IMG/VR virus record: IMGVR_UViG_2711768022_000010
Reading direction: 5' to 3' (one strand)
Origin: a virus
Lineage: Duplodnaviria > Heunggongvirae > Uroviricota > Caudoviricetes
Length of the DNA stretch: 44,411 nt
Positions within the stretch are counted from its first letter, which is position 1; each line of letters starts with the position of its first letter. The translations under genes were made by a program, and so were the position numbers. This document shows positions 28,017-38,527 of this stretch, piece after piece. The notes under the pieces are model-generated. The model worked only from the letters and a program-made list of their open reading frames with translations, was not told where the DNA came from and did no database searches.

Positions 28017-29112
28017 ACGGCTGCGTGATGAATCAATTGCTCATGCAGTCTGGATATCCCGCTATAGCACTGGCGTGGCTGCCAGAATGGTGAAAATACT
28101 GAATGACAGCGATGCGGAACTTACTGCTCGCCTGCTGATAGCACTGGACAGCCTCGATCCAGGTAGTTTTACCGTTAAGCGCCTGGAGTCACTTCTGGCG
28201 AGCGTCAGAGAGGTTAACCGCACTGCTATTAACAGCATGTTTACCAGTCTCTCCGGAGAGCTGAACGAGCTGGCAATTTATGAGGCTGGTTATCAGTTAA
28301 GTCTGTTTGATTCTATGCTACCTGATTTTGTTGCTGATGTTCACCCTCTGGTTGGTATCTCTCCTGATGCACTTTATGCCGCTGCAATGGCGCGACCATT
28401 CCAGGGACGACTGCTCAGTGAGTGGGCCTCAGATCTTGAGGCGGATCGGCTCAGACGCATAACAAATACAGTGCGTCAGGGTTTTTTGCTGGGGGATACC
28501 AATGAGCAGATCGCAAGAAAAATTCGGGGACATGTCAGTAAGGGATTTCAGGATGGTGCATTGCAGATGAGCCGGGCTAATGCGGCCAGCATTGCAAAAA
28601 CAGCGGTTGGACATCTTGCTGCTACTGCCCGTGAGAGTTTTGCCAGCGCGAATAATGATTTGATTAAGGGTAAGCAATGGTTATCAACGCTTGATAATCG
28701 TACTACGCCACAATGTCGAATCAGGGATCGCCTCAAATATACGCTGAATAATAAACCTGTAGGTCACAGCGTGCCTTATTTGCAGGGGCCGGGAAAAATT
28801 CATTTCTGCTGCCGCTCAACGGAAACGTTCATTCTGAAATCAGCGAAGGAACTGGGTATTGATGTTCGCGATATTTCCCCGGCTGAGCGGGCCAGCATGG
28901 ATGGCGTGGTGGCCGGAGATACAACCTACAGGGAATGGTTTTTGCGTCAGCCTTACACCAGACAAAAACAGATTGTGGGGGAAAGCCGAGCAAAGCTGAT
29001 TCGGGATGGTGGTATGTCGCCAGATGAATTTTACACCGATAAAGGCGAATGGCTGACGCTGAAGCAGCTCCGTGAGCGTGATGCACAGGTATTCAGAAAA
29101 GCAGGGATTTAA
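27997..29112 (+). CDS. Head morphogenesis protein (Mu gpF / SPP1 gp7-like)
   Basis: Motif LDNRTTPQCRIRD resembles the conserved D-x-R-T-x-x-x-C region of the Phage_Mu_F family. Confidence 0.78.
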   Translation: MMQTVNERLRDESIAHAVWISRYSTGVAARMVKILNDSDAELTARLLIALDSLDPGSFTVKRLESLLASVREVNRTAINSMFTSLSGELNELAIYEAGYQLSLFDSMLPDFVADVHPLVGISPDALYAAAMARPFQGRLLSEWASDLEADRLRRITNTVRQGFLLGDTNEQIARKIRGHVSKGFQDGALQMSRANAASIAKTAVGHLAATARESFASANNDLIKGKQWLSTLDNRTTPQCRIRDRLKYTLNNKPVGHSVPYLQGPGKIHFCCRSTETFILKSAKELGIDVRDISPAERASMDGVVAGDTTYREWFLRQPYTRQKQIVGESRAKLIRDGGMSPDEFYTDKGEWLTLKQLRERDAQVFRKAGI

Positions 29113-29131
29113 ATAAATCATTTATTACAAC

Positions 29132-29158
29132 AGGCTACCTTCGGGTGGCCTTTTTTAT
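29132..29158 (+). terminator. Rho-independent terminator with UUCG tetraloop
   Basis: AGGCUACC-UUCG-GGUGGCCU stem (one G-U pair) followed by UUUUUUAUU. Confidence 0.55.
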
Positions 29159-29216
29159 TGCTGCGATCCGGATGGTGAGCAGCGTAACTGTCGGAAGACT
29201 TAAACCAGGTACTAAT

Positions 29217-29981
29217 ATGAAACTGAAAACGGTCGAGATTAACGGAAAACAATACGCAGAAATTGATACTGCTGGCCTGCCAGTTTATGTGCACGACGAT
29301 GGTAAAGAAATTGGCTTCGATGCACCGCTGGCGACAAAAAAAATTACAGAGCTTAATGGCGAGGCAAAAAATCATCGCCTGGCTAAAGAAGCTGCAGAGG
29401 AAAAACTGGCTAAGTTTGCCGCTATCGAAGACCCGAAGAAGGCGATCGAGGCACTGGAAATGCTGTCAAAAATCGACCAGAAAAAGCTGCTCGATGCGGG
29501 ACAGGTTGACCAGGTTAAGGCAGAAATTACGAAAAATTTTCAGCAGCAATTAGATGAAGAAAAGCAACGCTCTCAGATGCTGGAGAAGCAGCTTTACGAT
29601 TCTATGATTGGCGGTAGTTTTGCGGGTTCAAAATATATTGCCGATAAAATTGCGATCCCGGCAGATTTATTACAAGCCCGCTTCGGGCAGGCATTCAAAG
29701 TGGAAGAAGGGAGGATCGTTGCTTATGACGCTTCCGGCAACAAAATTTATTCCCGCGCGAAGCCTGGCGAACTGGCGCAGTTTGATGAGGCGCTGGAGTT
29801 CCTTGTCGAAAATTACCCTCAGAAAGACTACATCCTGAAAGCCAGTGGCAACAATGGCGGCGGCTCCCGTCCGACACAGCATGATATTGGTCAGAAAACG
29901 ATGAAACGCTCTGCTTTTGATGCACTGGATGTTGCAGGTAAGCAAAACGCATTGAAAGACGGTATCACAATCGTTGATTAA
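29217..29981 (+). CDS. Putative scaffolding protein
   Basis: Start MKLKTVEINGK at 29217 (the longer track ORF would start inside the terminator); Ala/Glu/Lys/Gln-rich helical sequence between head morphogenesis and major capsid genes. Confidence 0.6.
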   Translation: MKLKTVEINGKQYAEIDTAGLPVYVHDDGKEIGFDAPLATKKITELNGEAKNHRLAKEAAEEKLAKFAAIEDPKKAIEALEMLSKIDQKKLLDAGQVDQVKAEITKNFQQQLDEEKQRSQMLEKQLYDSMIGGSFAGSKYIADKIAIPADLLQARFGQAFKVEEGRIVAYDASGNKIYSRAKPGELAQFDEALEFLVENYPQKDYILKASGNNGGGSRPTQHDIGQKTMKRSAFDALDVAGKQNALKDGITIVD

Positions 29982-30079
29982 CACATTTGTCAGCTTCCGG
30001 ATGGGAGCTGGTGTCAGGGCTGGATAGCTCATTACTCCATCTATTCACAATTACGCAAATTTTTAAGGAATATTTAATT

Positions 30080-31219
30080 ATGGCTGGAAATACCCTGACC
30101 GGGTTGATCCCGACTATTTATACCGCCCTGGATGTTGTATCCCGTGAGCAGGTAGGTTTTATCCCTGCGGTAGCAAAAAACGCAAAAGCTGACGCCGCAG
30201 CAAAAGATCAGACGGTAACCGCGCCAGTTGCGCCTGAGGCGAAAACCGAAGATATCGTACCGGGGCCGTCAGCTCCGAATACCGGTGATCAAAATATTGG
30301 CACTGTTGATGTAAAAATTACTAAATCCAAAATGGCACCGGTTAAATGGAATGGTGAAGAACAACTGGCTCTTGGCCCTTCAGGGACTTACAACACCATT
30401 CTGGCTGATCAGTTCAAGCAGGCTTTTCGCGCCCTTGCAAACGAGGTTGAGGCTGATCTTGGTGCGTTGTATTTCGGTGCTTCCCGCGCCGTGGGAACCG
30501 CAGGGACAACGCCGTTTGGTGTTAAAGATGATCTTTCTGATGCTGCTCTGGCTCGTCAGGTTCTGGAGGATAACGGCGCACCGACAACCGATCTGCAGAT
30601 GGTGCTTGGCTCCACTGCCATTGCTAATTTGCGCGGAAAACAGTCTGTATTGTTTAAAGTGAATGAATCCGGCACTGAACAGCTACTGCGTGAGGGCGTG
30701 TTGGGGCGTCTGGAGGGATTCAATATTCACAGTTCGGCAGGTGTGAAACGAGCGCCAAAGGTTGCTGCAACTGGTTATCTCGTGAATGGAGAGAAAAAAG
30801 AAGGCGATGTTCTTATTTCCATTGATACTGGTTCGGGGAGTATTTCTGCAGGTCAGATTGTTACGTTCGCTGGTGATCCGAATCAGTATGTTGTGGCAGC
30901 AGCGACCAGCAATCTGATTACTCTTGCAGCGCCCGGACTGCGTCAGGATCTGGCCGATGATACTGCCATCACAGTTGTTGGGGCCTTTACTGCAAATATG
31001 GCGTTTGATCGCAACGCGTTTCTGCTGGCATCCCGTACTCCGGCAATGCCGGAAGGTGGCGATAATGCTGATGATGTAATGAATGTTACGGACCCGATTT
31101 CAGGGATTACGTTCCAGATTGCACTGTATCGTCAGTATCGCCAGGTGCGCTATGAAGTTGGACTGGCATGGGGTGTTTCATCAGTGAAGCCGGCACATGG
31201 TTGTCTGATTCTTGGTTAA
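30080..31219 (+). CDS. Major capsid protein
   Basis: ATG 30080 after AAGGAA RBS; 379 aa; followed by a strong terminator as is common after major capsid genes. Confidence 0.78.
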   Translation: MAGNTLTGLIPTIYTALDVVSREQVGFIPAVAKNAKADAAAKDQTVTAPVAPEAKTEDIVPGPSAPNTGDQNIGTVDVKITKSKMAPVKWNGEEQLALGPSGTYNTILADQFKQAFRALANEVEADLGALYFGASRAVGTAGTTPFGVKDDLSDAALARQVLEDNGAPTTDLQMVLGSTAIANLRGKQSVLFKVNESGTEQLLREGVLGRLEGFNIHSSAGVKRAPKVAATGYLVNGEKKEGDVLISIDTGSGSISAGQIVTFAGDPNQYVVAAATSNLITLAAPGLRQDLADDTAITVVGAFTANMAFDRNAFLLASRTPAMPEGGDNADDVMNVTDPISGITFQIALYRQYRQVRYEVGLAWGVSSVKPAHGCLILG

Positions 31220-31229
31220 ACATTCAAAC

Positions 31230-31250
31230 GGGGCTTCGGCCCCATTTTTA
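31230..31250 (+). terminator. Rho-independent terminator with UUCG tetraloop after the capsid gene
   Basis: GGGGC-UUCG-GCCCC followed by AUUUUUA, 11 nt after the capsid stop. Confidence 0.6.
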
Positions 31251-31261
31251 ATGGGGGGCAT

Positions 31262-31438
31262 ATGGCCGGATTAACTAAAGAGCAAAGAGCACAGCGTGAA
31301 GCCGCACAAAAAACGCAAATTGAGTTAGTGGTTATGGTGACCGATTATCAGATGTTTCCCGGCGCACCAACTATCGCTAATGTTCATCCTGATGAAGTTG
31401 ACAACTGGAAGGCTATGGGCTGGAAAACTCAGGAGTAA
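31262..31438 (+). CDS. Small hypothetical protein (58 aa)
   Basis: Hand-found ORF MAGLTKEQRAQREAAQKTQIELVVMVTDYQMFPGAPTIANVHPDEVDNWKAMGWKTQE; its 3' end supplies the CAGGAG RBS of the next gene (translational coupling); below ORF-track cutoff. Confidence 0.35.
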   Translation: MAGLTKEQRAQREAAQKTQIELVVMVTDYQMFPGAPTIANVHPDEVDNWKAMGWKTQE

Positions 31439-31441
31439 CAC

Positions 31442-31837
31442 ATGATCACTTACGTGACCTGTGATGACGTTGATAATGCGTTTGGGAACGCCTGGACGAG
31501 TGAGAACGCTAAAAATAAAGCTGTTTTAATGGCTAATGCCTGGCTTAATGGCTTCAACCTGAAAATTAACCCATCCCGTATTCCGGAAGAGGTAAAACTT
31601 GCGGGAGCATATGCAGCCAGAATTGCCTCATTCGGTAAGTTGTTTCAGCAGAAAAATGATTCTGGCGTTGTTATCAGTAAAGCCGTGTCGGCTGACGGGG
31701 TCAGTGTATCGAAATCATTTTCTGAGTTGCCAGCAAACAGCACTGCATTGCTTGAACCCGATTTACAGCTTGCGATAGCACTGCTGAAACCGTACGGACT
31801 TAGTCGCTCACAAGTCAGGGTTGTGAGGGGGGGATAA
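31442..31837 (+). CDS. Head-tail connector / head completion protein
   Basis: 131-aa ORF, first of four small abutting or overlapping ORFs between capsid and major tail genes; function assigned by synteny only. Confidence 0.55.
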   Translation: MITYVTCDDVDNAFGNAWTSENAKNKAVLMANAWLNGFNLKINPSRIPEEVKLAGAYAARIASFGKLFQQKNDSGVVISKAVSADGVSVSKSFSELPANSTALLEPDLQLAIALLKPYGLSRSQVRVVRGG

Positions 31838-32220
31838 TGGGGCTTCGTGAAGAGATTCAGTCAGAGGTTGCCGCTGCTTTTGATGAGGATTTAGCGGACG
31901 CCGTGAGTGATTTTTCTGGTTCTTACGTTACGCACCGGCACTGGGATCCTGTGACGGAAACTGGCGGCGAATCAACCGCAATCTATACCGGGCGAGGCGT
32001 GTTGACACGTTATAAGCTGGGCAGAATTGATGGGATTAATATTTTGCATGGTGACCTTAAATTAACCGCTCTGGTATGCGAGGTTACGGATAAACCAGCT
32101 GTCGACCATATTATTGAGATTTATGATCCTGTATCAAGGCAGTTACAACGATACGAGGTAATTACAGCAAGTGTAGATCCTTCCGCATCAGTTTACTCTA
32201 TCCAGTTAAGGAGAGCGTAA
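31837..32220 (+). CDS. Head-tail joining protein
   Basis: 127-aa ORF, start overlaps upstream stop; synteny-based call. Confidence 0.55.
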   Translation: MGLREEIQSEVAAAFDEDLADAVSDFSGSYVTHRHWDPVTETGGESTAIYTGRGVLTRYKLGRIDGINILHGDLKLTALVCEVTDKPAVDHIIEIYDPVSRQLQRYEVITASVDPSASVYSIQLRRA

Positions 32221-32601
32221 ATGGCAAAGGCATGGGATATAGAACCGTCAATATTTGCCGGGATGATTGAGGAAGATGTAGGGCTGAAGATTCGCTACAT
32301 CGCTATGCAGATTCTTACTGCTATTGATATTGCTGCTCCGGTTGATACCGGACGTTTCAGAAATAACAACCTGGTGTCGTTACAGCATCCCGATTTTGGT
32401 ATATCTGATAACGTGGATCCGAACGGTACGATTGCTGTTCAGCGTGGGATCGGGGTTATTTCGAAAGCTGCAAATTACGGGGTTATTTATATCCAGAATA
32501 ACCTTCCTTATGCAGAGGCTCTTGAAAACGGTCATTCACAACAAGCGCCAACTGGCGTGTATGCCAACGCTTTTCATGGTGTTTTACAGGCTTACAAATG
32601 A
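32221..32601 (+). CDS. Tail component / head-tail joining protein
   Basis: 126-aa ORF; synteny-based call. Confidence 0.55.
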   Translation: MAKAWDIEPSIFAGMIEEDVGLKIRYIAMQILTAIDIAAPVDTGRFRNNNLVSLQHPDFGISDNVDPNGTIAVQRGIGVISKAANYGVIYIQNNLPYAEALENGHSQQAPTGVYANAFHGVLQAYK

Positions 32602-32990
32602 AGTTTACTGAAATCAGAAATACGGTTATTTCCAGAATGACGGCACAGACGATTATTGATGGAAAAGACGTATTGTATCCGAACGGGCCAACGTTCGATC
32701 CTTCCGGTAAGTTAATCTGGGCGCGGTTAAGTAATATTCCCGGGCAGGCTGGAGTTAATGAAATTGGCGCGGGGCCGGTTGTTTATCGCACGGGGATAAT
32801 CATTATTCAGTTATTTGTCCCCGCAGGTTCTGGTTCAAAACTCATTACTGAGACAGCCGATAAATTGCGGGAACTGTTTGAGTTTCAGGATGACGATCGT
32901 CTCAGTTACCAGGCTGTTTCCTCAATAGCCGTTGGCGAAAAGAATGGCTGGTTCCAGCTTAATCTTCAAATTCCATATCGCGCGCTCTAG
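32598..32990 (+). CDS. Tail completion / terminator protein
   Basis: 130-aa ORF, 4-nt overlap with upstream gene; synteny-based call. Confidence 0.55.
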   Translation: MKFTEIRNTVISRMTAQTIIDGKDVLYPNGPTFDPSGKLIWARLSNIPGQAGVNEIGAGPVVYRTGIIIIQLFVPAGSGSKLITETADKLRELFEFQDDDRLSYQAVSSIAVGEKNGWFQLNLQIPYRAL

Positions 32991-33016
32991 CGCAATTAAT
33001 GACATAGGAGGCTCCT

Positions 33017-33979
33017 GTGAGTTCAGGTGCAAAGGTTATCTCGGCATTTATCCGGGAGACGGTTGCAGGCACTACGCCAGCAAGTGGTGACTGGAGTTTA
33101 TTAAAACGCACAAGCTGGGGAGTAAAACCCACCCAGAATAAAGGCGAAAATAATGAGATTGGTGGCTCCCGGATGGCTCAGGGGGCGACGCCTGGCACTG
33201 TGGATGTCGGCGGTGATGTTGGTACCAAATTTCGCTGGGGTCAACATGATGATTTTCTTGCATCCTGTTTCGGCGCGGAATGGTCAGGCGATTCTCTGAC
33301 AATGGGGAATGAGCGAATAACATTTTCTCTGGCGACCTATGCGTCCGATGTCGGAATTGCCTCTGTCGTCAGAGGAGCGCAGGTTGGCTCATGGAAAATG
33401 CAGATCCCTAACGACGGCGATATTACAGCGACCGTAACCTTTGCCGGACTGGACTGGGAATCAAAGGCCGATGATACGAATTTTATCAAAGGCGAACCTG
33501 TGGATAGTGCAGGAAAGCTACGTTATTCGTTTAAGGAGGTTTCAGCAGTAAGCCTGAATGGTGTTGCCGGAGGTAACGGTTTTTGTATCGACAGTTTTGA
33601 TATTCAGTTCGATAACAAACTCCAGACACAGCGTTGTATCGGGACTGGCTCGCCTTATGCAGGAGCAAATATTCCGACTACTTTTACACCGTCCGGTACG
33701 GTGACGCTTTCATGGTCTAAAGCCGCGTGGGAAATCTGGAGTAAAACACTGACTGGAGAAACAGTTCCGTTCAGCTTCACGCTTTCGAATGGAGAGGGGG
33801 CATACACTTTCAGTTTCCCGAAGGTTCAGGTGTCAGGTGAATGGCCTGATGGGGGTAATAGCGACATTATCCAGGTTCAATTGAGCATTACCGCAGCAGA
33901 TGAAGCACCTACGATAACCAGAAAAAAAAATTCCCCGGCTGCCGTGATCGCAAAAGCCAGTGCTGAGGCGATTAGTTGA
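33017..33979 (+). CDS. Major tail (tube) protein
   Basis: GTG 33017 after AGGAGG RBS; 320 aa; Gly/Ser/Thr-rich; immediately upstream of the G/GT chaperone pair. Confidence 0.75.
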   Translation: MSSGAKVISAFIRETVAGTTPASGDWSLLKRTSWGVKPTQNKGENNEIGGSRMAQGATPGTVDVGGDVGTKFRWGQHDDFLASCFGAEWSGDSLTMGNERITFSLATYASDVGIASVVRGAQVGSWKMQIPNDGDITATVTFAGLDWESKADDTNFIKGEPVDSAGKLRYSFKEVSAVSLNGVAGGNGFCIDSFDIQFDNKLQTQRCIGTGSPYAGANIPTTFTPSGTVTLSWSKAAWEIWSKTLTGETVPFSFTLSNGEGAYTFSFPKVQVSGEWPDGGNSDIIQVQLSITAADEAPTITRKKNSPAAVIAKASAEAIS

Positions 33980-34027
33980 TTTTCCGTTATTCCTCCTGTG
34001 GTACTGCCCTACAGGGGGACGCATTGA

Positions 34028-34489
34028 ATGAGGTTATGGATGTTTATTCTTAATCAGAAAATTATCATTGGTGGAGAACGCTGGTTTACGCCAATGAAGG
34101 ACTTAAAACCTGTAGACGGGTTAAAACTGTTGGTGGCAAGCAGCGATAACGATCAGTATCGCTCCCGTAATGCATTAATCCGTCGCCACATTGAGAAAAT
34201 GGATGCCAGTTTGCACGTCGGAACGAAGGAGTTTGATATTTCAAAGGTTTCCGAGGTGGATTCTGTTGATGATTTACTCATTGATAATGCCGCTCGTTAT
34301 CTGCTGAAAGACTGGAAAGGGGTTGGTGAACTGGTTAATGGTGTTGAGGTTGCACTGGAATATACGGCAGAACGAGGGATCGCGCTGCTTAAGCAGAATC
34401 CAGAGTTGTACTGGCAGATCCTTGCAGAAGCAGCCAGCATCGCCCAGGGTAAAGAGCAGCAGAAGCAGGATACGATAAAAAAGCCATAG
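34028..34489 (+). CDS. Tail assembly chaperone (lambda G-like)
   Basis: 153-aa ORF ending in ...QDTIKKP with slippery heptamer A_AAA_AAG at 34477-34483 just before the stop. Confidence 0.75.
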   Translation: MRLWMFILNQKIIIGGERWFTPMKDLKPVDGLKLLVASSDNDQYRSRNALIRRHIEKMDASLHVGTKEFDISKVSEVDSVDDLLIDNAARYLLKDWKGVGELVNGVEVALEYTAERGIALLKQNPELYWQILAEAASIAQGKEQQKQDTIKKP

Positions 34490-34797
34490 CTGCCCAGCGG
34501 TGGTTATCGGAGTTCGGGGGAGAAAGGGGGGAAAAGGCAAGATGGAAGCGAGAAAAACTCAGGTTGCCACCGATACCGGAACCAGAAATAGACCCGGTGC
34601 TTAAGGAGTTGTTGTACGCCTATTCGGTAATATCCCGTGCCCGACGTTATGCTGGAATGGCTGGGGTGCCTTTGCCTTTATCTCTGACAGAGATAAATGA
34701 ATATTTAGCCACTCATCCGGTATTGATTGAGCGCGATGAATTTGAAGCAGTGATCTTTGCACTGGATGACCAGTATTTTCAGGAGCAGTGTGTGTAG
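34028..34797 (+). CDS. Tail assembly chaperone GT-like fusion via programmed -1 frameshift
   Basis: A -1 shift at A_AAA_AAG (34477-34483) joins the G frame to the frame of track ORF 34564..34797, which stays open back to the heptamer; conserved lambda G/GT arrangement upstream of the tape measure gene. Confidence 0.6.
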
Positions 34798-34962
34798 TTG
34801 TTAATTACGTACACTCTGTTACAGAGATGTGATGGTGTCTTTAATTAAATCGATGATGCTCCTGGAGAAAAGCATTGCGTGGCCTCGTAATCGCTATATC
34901 TACTATTATGTCGCCTGAAACCCACTTCGCGGTGGGTTTTTTGTTGTCAGGAGTTTTAATAA

Positions 34963-37900
34963 ATGGCAGAGCAAACCTCGCGTCTCGCAATAATTATTGA
35001 TAGCACTGGAGCGAAAAATAATGCTGACAATCTGACCTCCTCATTAGTCAAAATGACGCAGGCTGGGGAAACTGCTGCAAATAGCGCAGGGAAAGTGACT
35101 AAGGCAACAGAAGATGAGAAGAACGCGCTCGCAAAATTAAAAGCAGCTATTGATCCAGTTGGTGCCGCAATTGATACTGTCGGTCGACGCTATTCTGAAT
35201 TAAAGAAATTTTTCGATAAAGGGCTTATTGATAAAGAAGAATATGAATTTCTTGTCCGTAAACTTAATGAAACCACAGAGGAATTGAGCGGGGTTGCGCA
35301 AGCGCAGAGAGAAGCCGAGAAGGCCGGAAAACTTGCTGCCGCCCAGCAGGAAGCGCAGGCTCAGGCCTTTCAAAGAATGCTGGACAAGATCGACCCTCTG
35401 GCTGCGGCGCTAAGAAATCTTGAACAACAGCATGATGAACTTAATGCTGCGTTTGCATCCGGGAAAATAAATGGTTCTCAGTTTGAGAATTATAGCCGAA
35501 AAATACAGGAAACACGGCGAGAGCTTACCGGAGAGGCTCAGGCAGAGCGAGAAGCAGCAAAAGCGCATGATGAACAGGTTGTTGCTTTGCAACGTCTGAT
35601 TGCTCAACTTGATCCTGTCGGAACTGCTTTTAATCGTCTGGTAGAACAACAGAAACAGCTCAATGAAGCAAAAGCTAAGGGGATGCTTTCTCCTGAAATG
35701 TATGAGGAGCTTTCTGGAAAACTTCGTGCTATGCGGAGTGAGCTTGAGGTTACTCAATCACAATTAAGCAAAACCGGAATGTCGGCAAAACAAACGGCTT
35801 TTGCTATGCGCATGTTGCCTGTACAAATGACGGATATTGTTGTTGGGTTGTCCACTGGTCAGTCGCCATTTATGGTGTTAATGCAGCAGGGCGGCCAGCT
35901 AAAAGATATGTTCGGTGGGATTGGCCCGGCGATCAAAGGTGTAGGTTCTTATGTGCTGGGATTAATTAATCCTTTTACCCTGGCCGCAGCAGCCGTTGGG
36001 GTCTTAGGACTGGCTTACTATAAAGGCTCTCAGGAGCAGGACGAATTTAATAAATCTCTTATTCTTACCGGAAATCAGTTGGGGACAACCAGCGGGCAAT
36101 TGGGCGATATAGCTCAACGTGCCGGGAATGCGGCTGATTCGACAACTGGTGCTGCGGCGGCAGTATTAAATCAGCTTGTGCGTTCGGGAAAGGTAGCGAG
36201 CAGTTCGCTGGAGCAAGTGACGACAGCGATAGTAAAAACGAGCGAAGTAACAGGAATATCAACCGAACAACTGGTTAATGACTTCAATGAAATTGCAAAG
36301 GATCCTGTCAGTGCCATATCAAAACTTAATGATCAGTACCATTTTCTGACACTTGCGACTTATAACCAGATTAAGGCGCTACAGGATGAAGGGAACCAGC
36401 AGGAGGCCGCCCGCATTGCGACAGAAGAATACTCATCCTCAATGATCCAGCGCACCAACCAGATTAAAGAAAATCTTGGTTATCTTGAGACTGCATGGAA
36501 AGCTGTCGCAGACTCCGCAAAATGGGCATGGGATTCCATGCTGGATATTGGCCGTGAGGCCTCCCTTGATCAAAAAATCTCAGATGTTCTCCGTCAAATT
36601 GATGAAATAGAAAAAAATACCCGACCCGGAGTTTTCGGGTTAGGTGGCATTGGAGATGGCGGAGCTCAAAATAAAAGGCTGGCACGATTAAAGCAGCAAT
36701 TGGGCGTACTTCAAGCAGAAAAAATTGCTCAGGACGTACTAAATTCATCAATAAACGATTACAACAAGCGACAACAGGAAGGAATTGAACTCAGACAGAG
36801 AGCAGATGCCTTTTCAAAACAATATCAGACCCGGGAGCAGCAGAGAGCTAGTGAACTTGCAAAACTGGAAAAGCTAAAGAATCAGTATTCAAAGGAAGAA
36901 TATAATAATCTTATCGCTCAAATAAATGAGCGTTATAAAGATCCAAAGCAACCAAAGGCGAAAGGTTATTCTGATGATGCAGCCCAACGAATGATTGATC
37001 ATCTGAATCAACAGAATGCGTTACTAAGTTCACAAGCTGAGTTGACCGTTAAATTAAGTTCCTCTGAACAGGAACTGGTTAAGTGGCGTCAGCGGATTGC
37101 CGACCTAGAGTCACGACCATCATCGAAATTAACCCAGGATCAGAAATCGCTTCTCTTACACCGGGAAGAAATAACCACGTTGATGGAGAAAAATGTTGCG
37201 ATTGAAAAAAATAACAGGCTAATCAAGGAATCCGCCGAAATAACAGCATGGCGTGATTCATTGCAGGCTTCGATTGATAATCGTCAGCAGGGGTATGATA
37301 TTCAGATTGCTGGTTATGGGGTTGGCGATAAAAATCAGCAACGCCAGCAGGAATTACTGCGGATTGAACATGGATATAACAATCAGCGTCTGCAACTTGA
37401 ACGTGACTATGCAGATAAATCCCGTGGAATGTCAGATCATGTTTTTCAAGAGAAAATGCAGGCTCTGAATGATGCTCTGGAACGGGAAAAAGAAATTGTC
37501 AGACAGAAAAACGAGCAGCTCGATATTCAGGCAGGAGACTGGGTTAGTGGTGCCTCCCAGGGATTCAATAACTGGCTGGATGACACTAAGGATATCAGTG
37601 AGCAGATAAAATCAACCACGACTCAGATGTTTGATGGGATGACCGATGCGCTGGGTGATTTTGTCACGACAGGCAAGGCAAATTTTCGTTCTTTCGCTAC
37701 TTCCGTGATTTCGGATCTTAGTCGAATAGCATTAAAGGCTTCAATTACTGGGATTTTCGACAGCATTAGTAACAGTTCTTCTGGGGGGATTTTAGGAACT
37801 ATCGGGAGTGCTATTAGTAAATTTATTCCGAATGCAAAGGGCGGTGTTTATGAGTCTCCGTCATTGAGCACGTATTCGAACGGTATTTATGATTCCCCGC

Positions 37901-38196
37901 AATTTTTTGCTTTTGCAAAAGGGGCTGGTGTTTTTGGTGAGGCTGGACCGGAAGCCATTATGCCATTAACACGAACTTCCGATGGTTCTCTTGGTGTCAG
38001 AGCTATTAATAGTAAAAGTGGTAATGGAGGCGGAGATATTACCTATGCCCCTGTATACCAAATCACTATTCAAAATGACGGCCAGAATGGAGAGATTGGC
38101 CCTCAGGCAATAAAAGCACTTATGGGGATGGTTGATCAGCGGGTGCAGGGCAATCTGTTAAATATGCGACGTGATGGGGGAATGTTAAGTGGCTAA
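34963..38196 (+). CDS. Tail tape measure protein (lambda H-like)
   Basis: 1077 aa, long coiled-coil-rich sequence, CAGGAG RBS; followed by M, L, K, I, J homologs. Confidence 0.9.
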   Translation: MAEQTSRLAIIIDSTGAKNNADNLTSSLVKMTQAGETAANSAGKVTKATEDEKNALAKLKAAIDPVGAAIDTVGRRYSELKKFFDKGLIDKEEYEFLVRKLNETTEELSGVAQAQREAEKAGKLAAAQQEAQAQAFQRMLDKIDPLAAALRNLEQQHDELNAAFASGKINGSQFENYSRKIQETRRELTGEAQAEREAAKAHDEQVVALQRLIAQLDPVGTAFNRLVEQQKQLNEAKAKGMLSPEMYEELSGKLRAMRSELEVTQSQLSKTGMSAKQTAFAMRMLPVQMTDIVVGLSTGQSPFMVLMQQGGQLKDMFGGIGPAIKGVGSYVLGLINPFTLAAAAVGVLGLAYYKGSQEQDEFNKSLILTGNQLGTTSGQLGDIAQRAGNAADSTTGAAAAVLNQLVRSGKVASSSLEQVTTAIVKTSEVTGISTEQLVNDFNEIAKDPVSAISKLNDQYHFLTLATYNQIKALQDEGNQQEAARIATEEYSSSMIQRTNQIKENLGYLETAWKAVADSAKWAWDSMLDIGREASLDQKISDVLRQIDEIEKNTRPGVFGLGGIGDGGAQNKRLARLKQQLGVLQAEKIAQDVLNSSINDYNKRQQEGIELRQRADAFSKQYQTREQQRASELAKLEKLKNQYSKEEYNNLIAQINERYKDPKQPKAKGYSDDAAQRMIDHLNQQNALLSSQAELTVKLSSSEQELVKWRQRIADLESRPSSKLTQDQKSLLLHREEITTLMEKNVAIEKNNRLIKESAEITAWRDSLQASIDNRQQGYDIQIAGYGVGDKNQQRQQELLRIEHGYNNQRLQLERDYADKSRGMSDHVFQEKMQALNDALEREKEIVRQKNEQLDIQAGDWVSGASQGFNNWLDDTKDISEQIKSTTTQMFDGMTDALGDFVTTGKANFRSFATSVISDLSRIALKASITGIFDSISNSSSGGILGTIGSAISKFIPNAKGGVYESPSLSTYSNGIYDSPQFFAFAKGAGVFGEAGPEAIMPLTRTSDGSLGVRAINSKSGNGGGDITYAPVYQITIQNDGQNGEIGPQAIKALMGMVDQRVQGNLLNMRRDGGMLSG

Positions 38197-38527
38197 TACG
38201 GAAGAATTTCACTGGTTACCAGAGGATGGAATGAAAACAGAAAATAAACCATCGATAAAAACTGTAAGATTTGGTGATGGTTATGAGCAACGAAGTCCAA
38301 ATGGACTTAATCATTCTCTGCGCGTTTTCACCTGTGATTTCAAAGTTGAGGCGAATGAACGTGATTCATTTGAAAAATTTTTAGCCCGGCATGAAGGCTA
38401 TAAATCTTTTTTTTGGCGCCCGCCGGGTATTAACAGAAAAATCAGAGTGGTGTGTCGAACGTGGTCAGCGACAGAACATATCACCTATACCGATTTTTCG
38501 TGTCAGTTTGACGAAGTGGTGATCTGA
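38189..38527 (+). CDS. M: Minor tail protein M
   Basis: 112 aa; [10 protein letters not shown] and FFWRPP motifs parallel recalled lambda gpM. Confidence 0.85.
   Translation: MANTEEFHWLPEDGMKTENKPSIKTVRFGDGYEQRSPNGLNHSLRVFTCDFKVEANERDSFEKFLARHEGYKSFFWRPPGINRKIRVVCRTWSATEHITYTDFSCQFDEVVI

Noticed and set aside
34832-34918. 28-codon ORF in the GT-tape measure spacer
   Set aside because: No RBS, runs into the terminator-like hairpin, and the Tyr/Ile-rich product looks like chance.
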